Source of the DNA: Nitrospirota bacterium
Lineage (GTDB): Bacteria; Nitrospirota; Thermodesulfovibrionia; UBA6902
Length of the DNA stretch: 64,000 nt
Reading direction: 5' to 3'
NCBI GenBank assembly: GCA_016234115.1
Contig: JACRHD010000017.1
Location: 811 to 64,810 of the forward strand
Below are positions 20,497 to 29,470 of the stretch, one piece after another. Both the position numbers and the translations under genes were made by a program. How positions within the stretch are numbered: the first letter of the stretch is position 1; every line of letters begins with the position of its first letter. The notes under the pieces are model-generated. The model saw nothing but the letters and a program-made list of their open reading frames with translations, was not told the origin of the DNA and made no database searches.

Positions 20497-21996
20497 TCAA
20501 GTTTCATTGTATTTTGCAATCAAAAGACGCCAGGGAATATCGTGATTGCTGATCGATTTCCAGATATAGACGATAAGCGCAACCAGCAATAAAAAATGGC
20601 GTCCGATATAAAGCCCATTGTAATCTAATAATAAATAGCCGACAGTCACTATTACGATAAATATAACGTCGAATTGCAACCCTTTTGCCAGGGTTATAAT
20701 CGACAGCCTCTTATGAATAATAAAAATACAAATTATATCTACCATGGAAAGGCAGAATGCCGTAGCCGAGGCGGCGCCTATCATTCCATATCGCGGCACC
20801 AATAATATATTCAGGATAATATTCAATGTCCCCCAGAATATATTAACCTTCATATAGACTTTGTGCTGGCCGGTCATTTGCAATAAAATACCGATCAAAC
20901 CGGAGCATGCTTTTATCATTTGCCCCATTATAAGAATCAGGAGCGCGGCATAGCCTGCCGCAAATTCAGGGCCGTAGAAATATTTCAGGATATATTTGCC
21001 CTCTATGGCAAGTATCAGAATGACCGGCATCGACATGCTCAAAATCCAGCGTGTGCTCTCACGGACGACCTTTTTTAATTCAGCATGGTCCCCGGAGGTA
21101 TGTATGGTTGATATCAGGGAAGGGATGACGGCGGTAAAGGCCATCATGGGAAAGTACACGAGAAGGACAAGTTTTGCCGCCACTCCGTATATCCCGACGA
21201 TTTCAGTGGATTTGTACATACCCAGTATCCATACATCGGCCTGGGTATAGAGCAGCACGCTCATGCTTGTAAATATTATTGTGTATGCCACGTCTATGAC
21301 TTTCCGCTTTTCACACTGTCCTCTGACCGGTCTTAATGAAGCTGTTCTTTTCCGGAGGAATCTGATTGAAACAATTACAGAAATGATTTCGCCGGCAGCA
21401 AAGGCAATGACCGCGTAACCGGGAGATGTCCCCTTAAGGGACAAGAGCAGAAAAACCACTATCTTGAAGGAGGGCGAAATTAATGATTCCGAAATCAGGG
21501 CCCTGAATGCATCTTTATATCCCCTCAATATTCCCCCGATCACGTCCCTTATTACCCATGCGGGGATTGCCAGGACCGCGACCGGCAACAACTTCAGCAG
21601 CCCCTCGGAGTGAAATATATTGACAGAAATGAACTTCGAGCAGGCCAGGACAAGGAGCATAAAAATTATCGAAACGAGGAAACAAAACCTGATGACAAAG
21701 GAAATAGTCCCCTTTAACCTTTCCCGATCATTCAGATCAGCATAAATGGGTATAAACTTCATCATGGTCTCTTCCATACCGAATTTTGCAAGCTGAACGG
21801 ATATTCTTATGACCGTCACGGCGAGTATGACTTCACCTATCCCGCCTGCGCCCAAAATCCGCGCAAGGAGGACCTGATTAAAAAACCCAAGGAGCGTATT
21901 GGATATCTTCAGGGCAAAGGCTATTGCCCCGCTCCTTGCTCCGACCGCTAAGTTATCATTCATACCGTCATGAATATCCGGGCCGTTATCAGCCAT
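20497..21996 (-). CDS. Wzx-like polysaccharide flippase (MOP/MATE superfamily, polysaccharide biosynthesis protein)
   Basis: 499 aa with ~12-14 TM helices. The N-terminal region …ISNTLLGFFNQVLLARILGAGGIGEV… is typical of the Wzx/RfbX family. Confidence 0.65.
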   Translation of the reverse strand: MADNGPDIHDGMNDNLAVGARSGAIAFALKISNTLLGFFNQVLLARILGAGGIGEVILAVTVIRISVQLAKFGMEETMMKFIPIYADLNDRERLKGTISFVIRFCFLVSIIFMLLVLACSKFISVNIFHSEGLLKLLPVAVLAIPAWVIRDVIGGILRGYKDAFRALISESLISPSFKIVVFLLLSLKGTSPGYAVIAFAAGEIISVIVSIRFLRKRTASLRPVRGQCEKRKVIDVAYTIIFTSMSVLLYTQADVWILGMYKSTEIVGIYGVAAKLVLLVYFPMMAFTAVIPSLISTIHTSGDHAELKKVVRESTRWILSMSMPVILILAIEGKYILKYFYGPEFAAGYAALLILIMGQMIKACSGLIGILLQMTGQHKVYMKVNIFWGTLNIILNILLVPRYGMIGAASATAFCLSMVDIICIFIIHKRLSIITLAKGLQFDVIFIVIVTVGYLLLDYNGLYIGRHFLLLVALIVYIWKSISNHDIPWRLLIAKYNET

Positions 21997-22119
21997 ATAT
22001 TCCCTTATGGATTAGAGAAACCACCTCAATTGATCTTTGTCCGGCCGTCATTATATCCCATAGCCCGAGTTGCCGTCTGTCCTACATAAATGTAAAACGT
22101 CTTCAAACTGCGCAGGTCT

Positions 22120-22146
22120 GAATATTTCCGGAAACAGGAAATATTC
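22120..22146 (-). other. Perfect 10-bp stem / 7-nt loop hairpin between gmhA and the upstream flippase gene
   Basis: GAATATTTCC-GGAAACA-GGAAATATTC. There is no U-tract on either strand, so it is not a classical intrinsic terminator. Confidence 0.25.
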
Positions 22147-22187
22147 GGTAAATAAGGCGCCCGGGAAATAAATAATAGATAGGAGCA

Positions 22188-22760
22188 CTAATGAATCGCT
22201 GCTATTTGTCCGCACAGATATTGCATCAACATATGAACCACTATCATGTGCATGTCTTCAACTTTTTGCATGTCGTTGACGGCGGCGACAAAAGGTATAT
22301 CCGCGATTTGCGACAATTTGCCGCCGTCAAAGCCGCTTAATCCGACAGTTTTTGCGCCCTTTTCTTTTGCGTAAGAAACCGCCATAAGTACATTCTTGGA
22401 ATTGCCGCTGCCGGAAATGCCGATAACTACATCACCTGGCCGAATAAAATTCTTGAGTTGTTCGACAAAGATATTATCATAGGAAACATCATTTGCATAA
22501 GCCAGAATCGTGGGGACATTATCGTTCAGACAAATGACCCTGAACTTGCGTTCAAGTTCGGAACAAGTCCCCTTGTTTATATCACACGCAAAATGGGACG
22601 CCGTGGAGCCGCTTCCCCCGTTGCCCATAATGAAAACCTGTTTATTATCATGGTATGCGGATAACATGGTCCGCCCGATTTCTTCAAACCGGTCATGCGG
22701 GAACATATCAAACAATATTTTTAATCGACTAAGGTACTCAAGGCTGAATTCCGGCTTCAT
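22188..22760 (-). CDS. gmhA: D-sedoheptulose-7-phosphate isomerase (SIS domain)
   Basis: Contains the SIS-domain motif …IMGNGGSGSTASHFACD… and …VVIGISGSGNSKNV… diagnostic of GmhA/phosphoheptose isomerase. It is 190 aa. Confidence 0.8.
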   Translation of the reverse strand: MKPEFSLEYLSRLKILFDMFPHDRFEEIGRTMLSAYHDNKQVFIMGNGGSGSTASHFACDINKGTCSELERKFRVICLNDNVPTILAYANDVSYDNIFVEQLKNFIRPGDVVIGISGSGNSKNVLMAVSYAKEKGAKTVGLSGFDGGKLSQIADIPFVAAVNDMQKVEDMHMIVVHMLMQYLCGQIAAIH

Positions 22761-22833
22761 TTTTCGGCTCCTTGACAGTTTGCGGGTTATTTAATGTTTG
22801 TAATGATCAGGCAGCGCATTTTTTTGAAATATG

Positions 22834-23823
22834 CTACTTGATTGAATAACTCCTTACATTGAAAATTATCCTGCTTCCGAAAGAATCCAGCATAAAAGGC
22901 AACTCCCTATACTCTTTGAGAGAAGACCTGACCGCATCCTGTTTATTTTTGGGGACATATAACAGCAGGAACCCTCCGCCCCCCGCCCCGCAGAGTTTGC
23001 CGCCGAGCGCTCCGGTAGTCATTGCCTTTTCATACATTGCATCGATCACTGGATTAGAAACGGTATTGACCAAAGTCTTTTTCAAAAGCCAATTTTCGTG
23101 CAGCAGCCTGCCCAGCCTGTCAAATTTGCCCTGGGTCAGGAAATCCTCCAGTTTTGGAACAAGAGCGCTCATTCTCTTCAAGCTGTCTCGTTTATTTTCA
23201 GTATTCTGTTTCTGTTTCCTGAGTATTTTGTCGGCCTTCCTTGTCTTGTTCGTATAAAACAACAGGAGTCTTGACCCTAATATCAGAAGGTTGCTGTCAA
23301 AAACAGGGACCTTCGAAACGGTGACGGATTCATCGGGATGAAAAATGATTTTATTGAGGCCGCCGTATGCCGCTATATACTGGTCCTGCTTGCCTATCGG
23401 TTTTTTGCAGATATCAATTTCTATCTCGCAGGCTTCTCTTGCAATCCGCTCCGACGTCACCGGCATTCCCGCATAATTATACAAGGCGTTTAACAACCCG
23501 ACGGTAACGCTGCTTGAAGAGCCGAGTCCCGATCCTTCAGAAGGGACGTCAGCCAGAGTGGTTATCTCAACTCCGCTCTTTATACCGACTTTTCGCATGG
23601 CTGCGCGGACCAGCTCATGTCTTATCTCTGAAACATCATCAACAATTTCTTTTATGCTGTAATTGATATATATCTTTTCATCAAATCTTCCCTTAACTAT
23701 CACGTAAACATATTTGTCTATTGCGGAACTGAGAACCATTCCATCTTCCCTGCGATAAAAGGACTTCAAATCAGTCCCTCCGCCTACAAAAGATATCCGT
23801 AATGGGGTCTGAGAAATTACCAC
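22834..23823 (-). CDS. hddA: GHMP-family sugar kinase, D-glycero-alpha-D-manno-heptose-7-phosphate kinase-like
   Basis: GHMP motifs ISFVGGGTDL and PSEGSGLGSSSSVTVGLLNAL. It sits immediately between gmhA and a sugar-1-P nucleotidyltransferase, the gene order of GDP-heptose clusters. Confidence 0.7.
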   Translation of the reverse strand: MVISQTPLRISFVGGGTDLKSFYRREDGMVLSSAIDKYVYVIVKGRFDEKIYINYSIKEIVDDVSEIRHELVRAAMRKVGIKSGVEITTLADVPSEGSGLGSSSSVTVGLLNALYNYAGMPVTSERIAREACEIEIDICKKPIGKQDQYIAAYGGLNKIIFHPDESVTVSKVPVFDSNLLILGSRLLLFYTNKTRKADKILRKQKQNTENKRDSLKRMSALVPKLEDFLTQGKFDRLGRLLHENWLLKKTLVNTVSNPVIDAMYEKAMTTGALGGKLCGAGGGGFLLLYVPKNKQDAVRSSLKEYRELPFMLDSFGSRIIFNVRSYSIK

Positions 23824-23838
23824 GTTGTCCCTTTCTTT

Positions 23839-24567
23839 TTATCCGTGAAAACAACCATTATGAGCGCGATGAAATATTTCATCCTTAACGTCCTTTTCGG
23901 CCTTATTAAATTTGTCCGGGGTCCCGATATCCAGCAAATAATCATCAATAACGTAACCTGCCGCTTTTCCGGCAATATGGGGAAGCACGTTATGACCGAG
24001 ATCAAATATTTCCCTGTCGGGCCACAGGTCCTTAAGGCCCTGCCCGCTGATCATGATCCCGGCAAATGCGAGGTCCGATACGGGGTTTGCGGGTTTTTCG
24101 ACAAAGGAAACAACAGTCGCAGATTCATCTGTCTCAACAATCCCGCATTCGCGGGGGGTCGGCGTCTTAAATAAAGCCAGGGTATAATCCTTGCCGCATT
24201 GCGCGTGGAATCGAAACATCTTCCTCAAATTTATGTTGGTCAGATTGTCCGCGTACAGAATAAAAAACGAATCCTCTCCTTTAACAAAGTCCCAGTTTTT
24301 TTTTATCGTCCCGCCGCTTCCCATAAGGGTAGGTTCATATGTAAGCCTGATCCTGAGCCCCCGGGAATGACTGTTCACATAATCCTTCACTTTTCCGGCA
24401 AGATGTGAAGTATTGATCAGGATTTCATTTATTCCATGAAGCTCAAAAAGATCGAACCAATATTCAAGTAACGGCCGTCCGTTGATTGATACAAGACATT
24501 TCGGCGTATGCAGCGTCAACGGCTTAAGCCGCGTGCCTTCTCCGGCAGCAAGCAGGAAGGCCTTCAT
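23839..24567 (-). CDS. hddC: Sugar-1-phosphate nucleotidyltransferase, D-glycero-alpha-D-manno-heptose-1-phosphate guanylyltransferase-like
   Basis: The N-terminus MKAFLLAAGEGTRLKPLT is the nucleotidyltransferase G-x-G-T-R motif. It is 242 aa. Its start overlaps the next gene's stop. Confidence 0.7.
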   Translation of the reverse strand: MKAFLLAAGEGTRLKPLTLHTPKCLVSINGRPLLEYWFDLFELHGINEILINTSHLAGKVKDYVNSHSRGLRIRLTYEPTLMGSGGTIKKNWDFVKGEDSFFILYADNLTNINLRKMFRFHAQCGKDYTLALFKTPTPRECGIVETDESATVVSFVEKPANPVSDLAFAGIMISGQGLKDLWPDREIFDLGHNVLPHIAGKAAGYVIDDYLLDIGTPDKFNKAEKDVKDEIFHRAHNGCFHG

Positions 24568-25676
24568 TTCTTAATGGCCCTCACTACCCCCATATTCTTC
24601 ATTGTCTTCTCCGCATAATCAAGAATATCTTCGATATCGGTTTGCCTGTTAAGATATTTCCAATATTCCTCTATACTGTTTTCAATAGAATATTCAGGTT
24701 GCCAGCCAAGGGATTTGAGTTTGCCGATATCCGACAATATATGCCTCGTGTCCCCATAACGGTAAAATTCGGAAACGACGGGAGCTATATGCCTTCCTGT
24801 CACATTCTGCACCTTTTCGTAAAAATCCAGGACCGTACAGGCCTTTCCGCCCCCGACATTAAATCCCTGATAATTCGCCCTGTCATCTTCCAGGACTTTT
24901 ATATTGGCGTTTACCACATCGTGATAATTCACATAGTCCCTGACTTGCATGCCGTCTTCATAGATGGTCGGCTGTTTATTAAAATAAAGATGCAGTGCAA
25001 ATATTCTCATGGCCCCGGAATAGGCATTATAAAAGGATTGGCGGGGTCCCTGAACAATGGAATAACGCATGGCAACAGAAGGGATGCCGTATCTTTTCCC
25101 CAGATTAATAGCGATTATTTCCTGCGAATGTTTTGACATCGCATATTGGTTCTGGGGATTGATCTTATCTTCCGGAGTCGGCAGGTATTGCACGTACTTT
25201 CCGCAAAACGGGCAGTGATGCTCCCAGTCCCCTTTTGAAAGCTGTTCCTCCAGGCGGATATCGGGTATCATTTGTCCGTGGTCCTGACATCTGTATAATC
25301 CTTCCCCCAAAACAGCCTGGGAAGACGCCACAACAACTTTTTTAATGGGCAGCTTTTTCTCGACGATTATTTCATAAATAAGGGCCGTGCTGACACTGTT
25401 GACATGAAAATACGTGCTGAAATCCGGGAGGTAATCCTGATACGCGGCCAGATGAAAGATCGCGTCAATTCCCTTCATTGATTTCTCCAGGGTCGCTTTG
25501 TCCCTCACATCTCCGACAATAAATTCCGCCTTTGAAGGGATATAATCAGGTTTGCCTTTCATGTGAACAGGCTTCTGAAGATTATCAAGTATCCGCACAC
25601 TGTATCCTTTTTCAAGCAATCTGTCTACGGTGTGTGATCCTATAAATCCGGCGCCCCCCGTGACTAATACGCGCAC
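24564..25676 (-). CDS. NAD-dependent epimerase/dehydratase (extended SDR) with a Cys/His zinc-ribbon-like insertion
   Basis: MRVLVTGGAGFIGSHTVDRLL (GxxGxxG) and the catalytic YxxxK (YAMSKHSQE). A ~40-aa insertion is present (…CQDHGQ…HHCPFCGKYVQY…) that is absent from canonical GalE/RmlB-type enzymes. Confidence 0.7.
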   Translation of the reverse strand: MRVLVTGGAGFIGSHTVDRLLEKGYSVRILDNLQKPVHMKGKPDYIPSKAEFIVGDVRDKATLEKSMKGIDAIFHLAAYQDYLPDFSTYFHVNSVSTALIYEIIVEKKLPIKKVVVASSQAVLGEGLYRCQDHGQMIPDIRLEEQLSKGDWEHHCPFCGKYVQYLPTPEDKINPQNQYAMSKHSQEIIAINLGKRYGIPSVAMRYSIVQGPRQSFYNAYSGAMRIFALHLYFNKQPTIYEDGMQVRDYVNYHDVVNANIKVLEDDRANYQGFNVGGGKACTVLDFYEKVQNVTGRHIAPVVSEFYRYGDTRHILSDIGKLKSLGWQPEYSIENSIEEYWKYLNRQTDIEDILDYAEKTMKNMGVVRAIKK

Positions 25677-25747
25677 TTTCCTCCCTTATTACAGTTCTGA
25701 AATAAGTTGTTTGTATTTCTCAAAATTATCAAAGAGCACAAAAAGTA

Positions 25748-26728
25748 TCAGTCCGGATAGCCATGATGGTTTCTTGAATGCCAATCCCATGCAGTCCGCA
25801 CAATTTGCCTGATCTCGGGATACCTCGGCTTAAGCCCCAGAAGTGAACGGGTGCGTTCAGAAGAAGCGACGAGAACCGCGGGGTCTCCGGACCGGCGATC
25901 AGCTTCTCTTGCCGGTATGGGATGACCGGTAATCTCACGGGCGGCCTCAATAACTTCCTTTACGGAATACCCTTCCCCGTTGCCGAGGTTGAGTTTCTGC
26001 GGCCCGATGTCATCCATTCGCCGAAGAGCTTCAATATGCGCCATGGCAAGATCTTCAACATGTATATAATCACGGATGCATGTCCCGTCTCTCGTGTCGT
26101 AATTGTTTCCGTAAATGTCCACATGGTCCCTTTGCCCTAATGCGGTCTGTAAAACTATAGGAATCAGATGTGTCTCAATACGATGGTGTTCCCCATGTTC
26201 GACTGTGGCTCCTGCCGCGTTAAAATAGCGTAAGCAGACATAGTTCAGACCATGCGCCTTATGATACCAGTCAAGCATCTGTTCGAACATAAGCTTGGAC
26301 CTGCCATAAGCATTTATCGGGTTGGTAGGATGTTTCTCATCAATAGGGGTGTATTCAGGATTGCCGAAGAGAGCGGCTGTCGACGAAAAAATAATACGCT
26401 TAACATTGGATTCTCTCATGGCCTCAAGTAATTCCAGCCCCTTGGATACATTGCCGAGAAAGTAATCTTGAGGATGTGACATGGATTTCGATACCAGCGT
26501 TTCGCCGGCCATGTGAATTACGGCGTCTATCTGATTACTGCCGAGTATTTTCCTGACATAATCCCTCGTTCCGATATCAGCTTCAAAAAAAGGAATATCC
26601 GCCGGGATGGCGGACCTGTGGCCTTCGACGATATTATCTATTACAGACACAGAGAATCTTTCTTTAAGCAGCATTTCCACGACAACACTTCCCACGTAAC
26701 CGGCGCCGCCGGTGACTAACACCTTCAT
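25748..26728 (-). CDS. galE: UDP-glucose 4-epimerase
   Basis: MKVLVTGGAGYVGSVVVEML and SSTAALFG, with Y-x3-K (YGRSKLMFE). Length is 326 aa. Confidence 0.8.
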   Translation of the reverse strand: MKVLVTGGAGYVGSVVVEMLLKERFSVSVIDNIVEGHRSAIPADIPFFEADIGTRDYVRKILGSNQIDAVIHMAGETLVSKSMSHPQDYFLGNVSKGLELLEAMRESNVKRIIFSSTAALFGNPEYTPIDEKHPTNPINAYGRSKLMFEQMLDWYHKAHGLNYVCLRYFNAAGATVEHGEHHRIETHLIPIVLQTALGQRDHVDIYGNNYDTRDGTCIRDYIHVEDLAMAHIEALRRMDDIGPQKLNLGNGEGYSVKEVIEAAREITGHPIPAREADRRSGDPAVLVASSERTRSLLGLKPRYPEIRQIVRTAWDWHSRNHHGYPD

Positions 26729-27495
26729 GTCTTTTCTCCCGCCGCATTCAAGTTGTTATGATACCTCAAACGGTAAAGTCCTCGTAAATCGTCATACGCA
26801 TCTTTAAATATTTTGGCCTTTGTGTCCGGGTCTTCAAGCCAGGTCACAGGTATTTCCTTAATCTTGTAGCCTTTCCTTTCAGCGTAAAAAAGGAACTCGG
26901 TATCAAAAAACCATTCGTTATCCTCAATGTAAGACAATAGTTTCTGAACTACCTCGCGGCGTCCGGTCTTAAACCCGCAGTGGGCATCATGAAAGTGGGT
27001 CCCAAGAGCCAACTTTATTACCGCGTTATAGCTCCGTGATACGAATTCACGCTTCAGGCATCTTGTGGTGTTTGAATTTCTTGACAGCCTGTTGCCTACC
27101 ACGATATCAGCCCCTTCGTTAAGGAGGTCCACAGCGCGTATTAATGCGTCTAACGATGTGGAAAGATCAATGTCCATGTAACTTACGAAATCGCAATCAG
27201 TCTGTTCCCACGCAGTCCGGAGGGCGATGCCGCGCCCCTTTCGGGGGATGTAAAGATATTTCATGATCGGTATTTCCGACTCTATTGCACGACCTATCTC
27301 TCCTGTGCGGTCTTTGGAATTATTGTCGGCGATAACGATCTTCCACTCATACCTTTCATATTCACGTAAAAAAGCCGTAAGCGTCAGAACGCTTTGACGC
27401 AGCACTTTTTCTTCATTATAAACGGGAAGCACGATTAAGGCGGAGGGCCTCTTTTTCATATGATTCCGAATCTTCAGGTTTCCTGTGCCAGTCAT
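26725..27495 (-). CDS. Family-2 glycosyltransferase (DPM1/ArnC-like polyprenyl-phosphate sugar synthase type)
   Basis: LIVLPVYNEEKVL…IADNNSKDRT…DIDLS motifs are typical of dolichol-P-mannose/undecaprenyl-P-sugar synthases. It is 256 aa with no TM anchor. Confidence 0.75.
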   Translation of the reverse strand: MTGTGNLKIRNHMKKRPSALIVLPVYNEEKVLRQSVLTLTAFLREYERYEWKIVIADNNSKDRTGEIGRAIESEIPIMKYLYIPRKGRGIALRTAWEQTDCDFVSYMDIDLSTSLDALIRAVDLLNEGADIVVGNRLSRNSNTTRCLKREFVSRSYNAVIKLALGTHFHDAHCGFKTGRREVVQKLLSYIEDNEWFFDTEFLFYAERKGYKIKEIPVTWLEDPDTKAKIFKDAYDDLRGLYRLRYHNNLNAAGEKT

Positions 27496-27750
27496 TAGAA
27501 AATTATGTATACAAATAACTTTCGGGCAGCGTTATGATTAGATGATAATATTATTTGCAAGTAATTATAATATATAAAAAAATACAATATATTTTCAAGA
27601 GAAACTTATAGCACCCAATATATGAGTATACAGACTTATAAAAAAATATGTAGGGCGGCTTACTCAAGCGATGCATCGACGTTTAAAATTATCCGAACAG
27701 ATATGGACATGAGGCTCCCGGATATTAACAGTAATATGTAAAACTTATAT

Positions 27751-27781
27751 TTGCATAAGCACATGGTTAAATTGTTATAAT
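27751..27781 (+). promoter_or_regulatory. Sigma-70-like promoter for the exosortase operon
   Basis: TTGCAT (27751-27756), a 19-nt spacer, then perfect TATAAT (27776-27781), ~75 nt upstream of the exosortase start. It lies in a 360-bp AT-rich divergent intergenic region. Confidence 0.35.
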
Positions 27782-27857
27782 ATCACATTGAACGTACAAC
27801 TACAGATTACATCCAATGTAAGGAACAAGCGCCGCCATTTCATCCTGATATTTTAAA

Positions 27858-28676
27858 ATGTTTAATTATTTAATCTGGATATTAATAATAATTCTGTATA
27901 GTCCGGTATTCTATTCTCTCTATCAGTTTCGTTGGGAAAAACTGGATTACACTCATGCATATTTTATTCTGCCGATATCCTTATGGCTGACATGGCGCAA
28001 GCGAAGACAACTGGTTGAACTCTTTAGTGAGGGAAGTAATAACTTCGGATTTGTCAGTTTCGCCATCCTGCTTATAGGACTTCTGATGTTTTTTTTCGGC
28101 TGGCGAGAGGATTATTTATTTATAACTGCGCTTTCCCTGATACCTGTTTTATGCGGCACGATAATCTACCTTTACGGAATAAAAACAGTCAGGGCTTTGT
28201 CTTTTCCCCTTTTCTATCTCCTGCTTCTTGTGCCTCCTCCCATGGGGGTACTGGACAGCGTTACACTCCCCATGCGCCACGGCATTTCCGTTGCAACAGA
28301 AAAAATATTGCTGCTTTTAGATTATCCTATTTCAAGAGCGGGATTGGAATTGACAATTGGTTATAATGTTATTTTTATGGGAGCCCCATGCAGCGGATTT
28401 CGCTCGCTTGTTACTATGTTTTCCCTTGTACTCGTTTATGTATATTTTGTTAAGGGTTCTATCTCTAAAAAAATCATTCTGACCTCATCGATAATACCGA
28501 TGGCGCTGATAGGAAACCTTATCAGGGTCATAACCCTGTGCCTCATCACTTTTTATTTTGGCGAAGAAGTCGGACAGGGTTTCTTTCATAACTTCAGCGG
28601 GATAGTAATATTCATCATTACAATCCTTGGTCTGTTAGGCGTTGAATCGCTTTTCGAGGCCCCAAGAAATAATTGA
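27858..28676 (+). CDS. Exosortase (EpsH/XrtA-like transpeptidase)
   Basis: 272 aa with ~8 TM helices. It carries the exosortase active-site signature …GAPCSGFRSLV… (Cys nucleophile in C-S-G-x-R-S) and the downstream conserved N-x-x-R (GNLIRVITL). Confidence 0.7.
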   Translation: MFNYLIWILIIILYSPVFYSLYQFRWEKLDYTHAYFILPISLWLTWRKRRQLVELFSEGSNNFGFVSFAILLIGLLMFFFGWREDYLFITALSLIPVLCGTIIYLYGIKTVRALSFPLFYLLLLVPPPMGVLDSVTLPMRHGISVATEKILLLLDYPISRAGLELTIGYNVIFMGAPCSGFRSLVTMFSLVLVYVYFVKGSISKKIILTSSIIPMALIGNLIRVITLCLITFYFGEEVGQGFFHNFSGIVIFIITILGLLGVESLFEAPRNN

Positions 28677-29335
28677 GCGGAGACAACTTATACATATTGT
28701 GGGGCAGGAATAACAGAATGATAATATTATGTTCCTATTTCACATTACTCTTAATCATCATATTGTTTTACCTGTTTAATCCATTTCACAATAAATGCAC
28801 AAAAGGCAGTTGTATTAACGGGTATGGCGTCTATGAACATAATAGCGGCATGTCTTATGCCGGTGAATGGAAAAACGGCAGAAGGCATGGAACAGGGACA
28901 TTGACGTCACCCGGCAATTACAAACTTTCGGGTGAATGGAAAAATAATAGAATACATGGAACCGGAACCTTAACTTATCCGTACGGCTATAAATATTCCG
29001 GCAGTTGGATGAATGGAAACAGACATGGAAGAGGGAATATCATTACCCCGGACGGTAAAATTGTTTTTACAGGTGATTGGGAACATGATAAAAGGAACGG
29101 ATATGGAACGGCAATCTATCGAGACGGCGCTCAATATAAGGGGGAATGGAAATACAATATTCCGCACGGCGCAGGGACATTTATTGATCCCTCCGGATAT
29201 AAATATGAGGGCCAATGGAAAGAGGGTAAAAAGCATGGCAGCGGGAAAGAAACTTTTCCAAACGGCTACACATATACCGGCAAATGGGAGCGCGGGGAAA
29301 GAGTTGAAATTAACAATATAATTTTTGCCCCCTGA
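28673..29335 (+). CDS. MORN-repeat protein with N-terminal membrane anchor
   Basis: An N-terminal TM helix is followed by ~7 tandem MORN units (Y-x-G-x-W-x-x-G-x-x-H-G-x-G: YAGEWKNGRRHGTGT, LSGEWKNNRIHGTGT, YSGSWMNGNRHGRGN …). Its ATG overlaps the exosortase stop (ATGA). Confidence 0.75.
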   Translation: MSGDNLYILWGRNNRMIILCSYFTLLLIIILFYLFNPFHNKCTKGSCINGYGVYEHNSGMSYAGEWKNGRRHGTGTLTSPGNYKLSGEWKNNRIHGTGTLTYPYGYKYSGSWMNGNRHGRGNIITPDGKIVFTGDWEHDKRNGYGTAIYRDGAQYKGEWKYNIPHGAGTFIDPSGYKYEGQWKEGKKHGSGKETFPNGYTYTGKWERGERVEINNIIFAP

Positions 29336-29470
29336 GAGCAATTCAATCAATCGGTTTTGACAATTGATTTTGAAAACGGCTTACTTGCGGGCTAATATTT
29401 TTTTAATCAAAAGACAAGTCACAACAACTGGTAGCTTGTCAAAGGCGGCAACATATGAGGGAATGCAATT

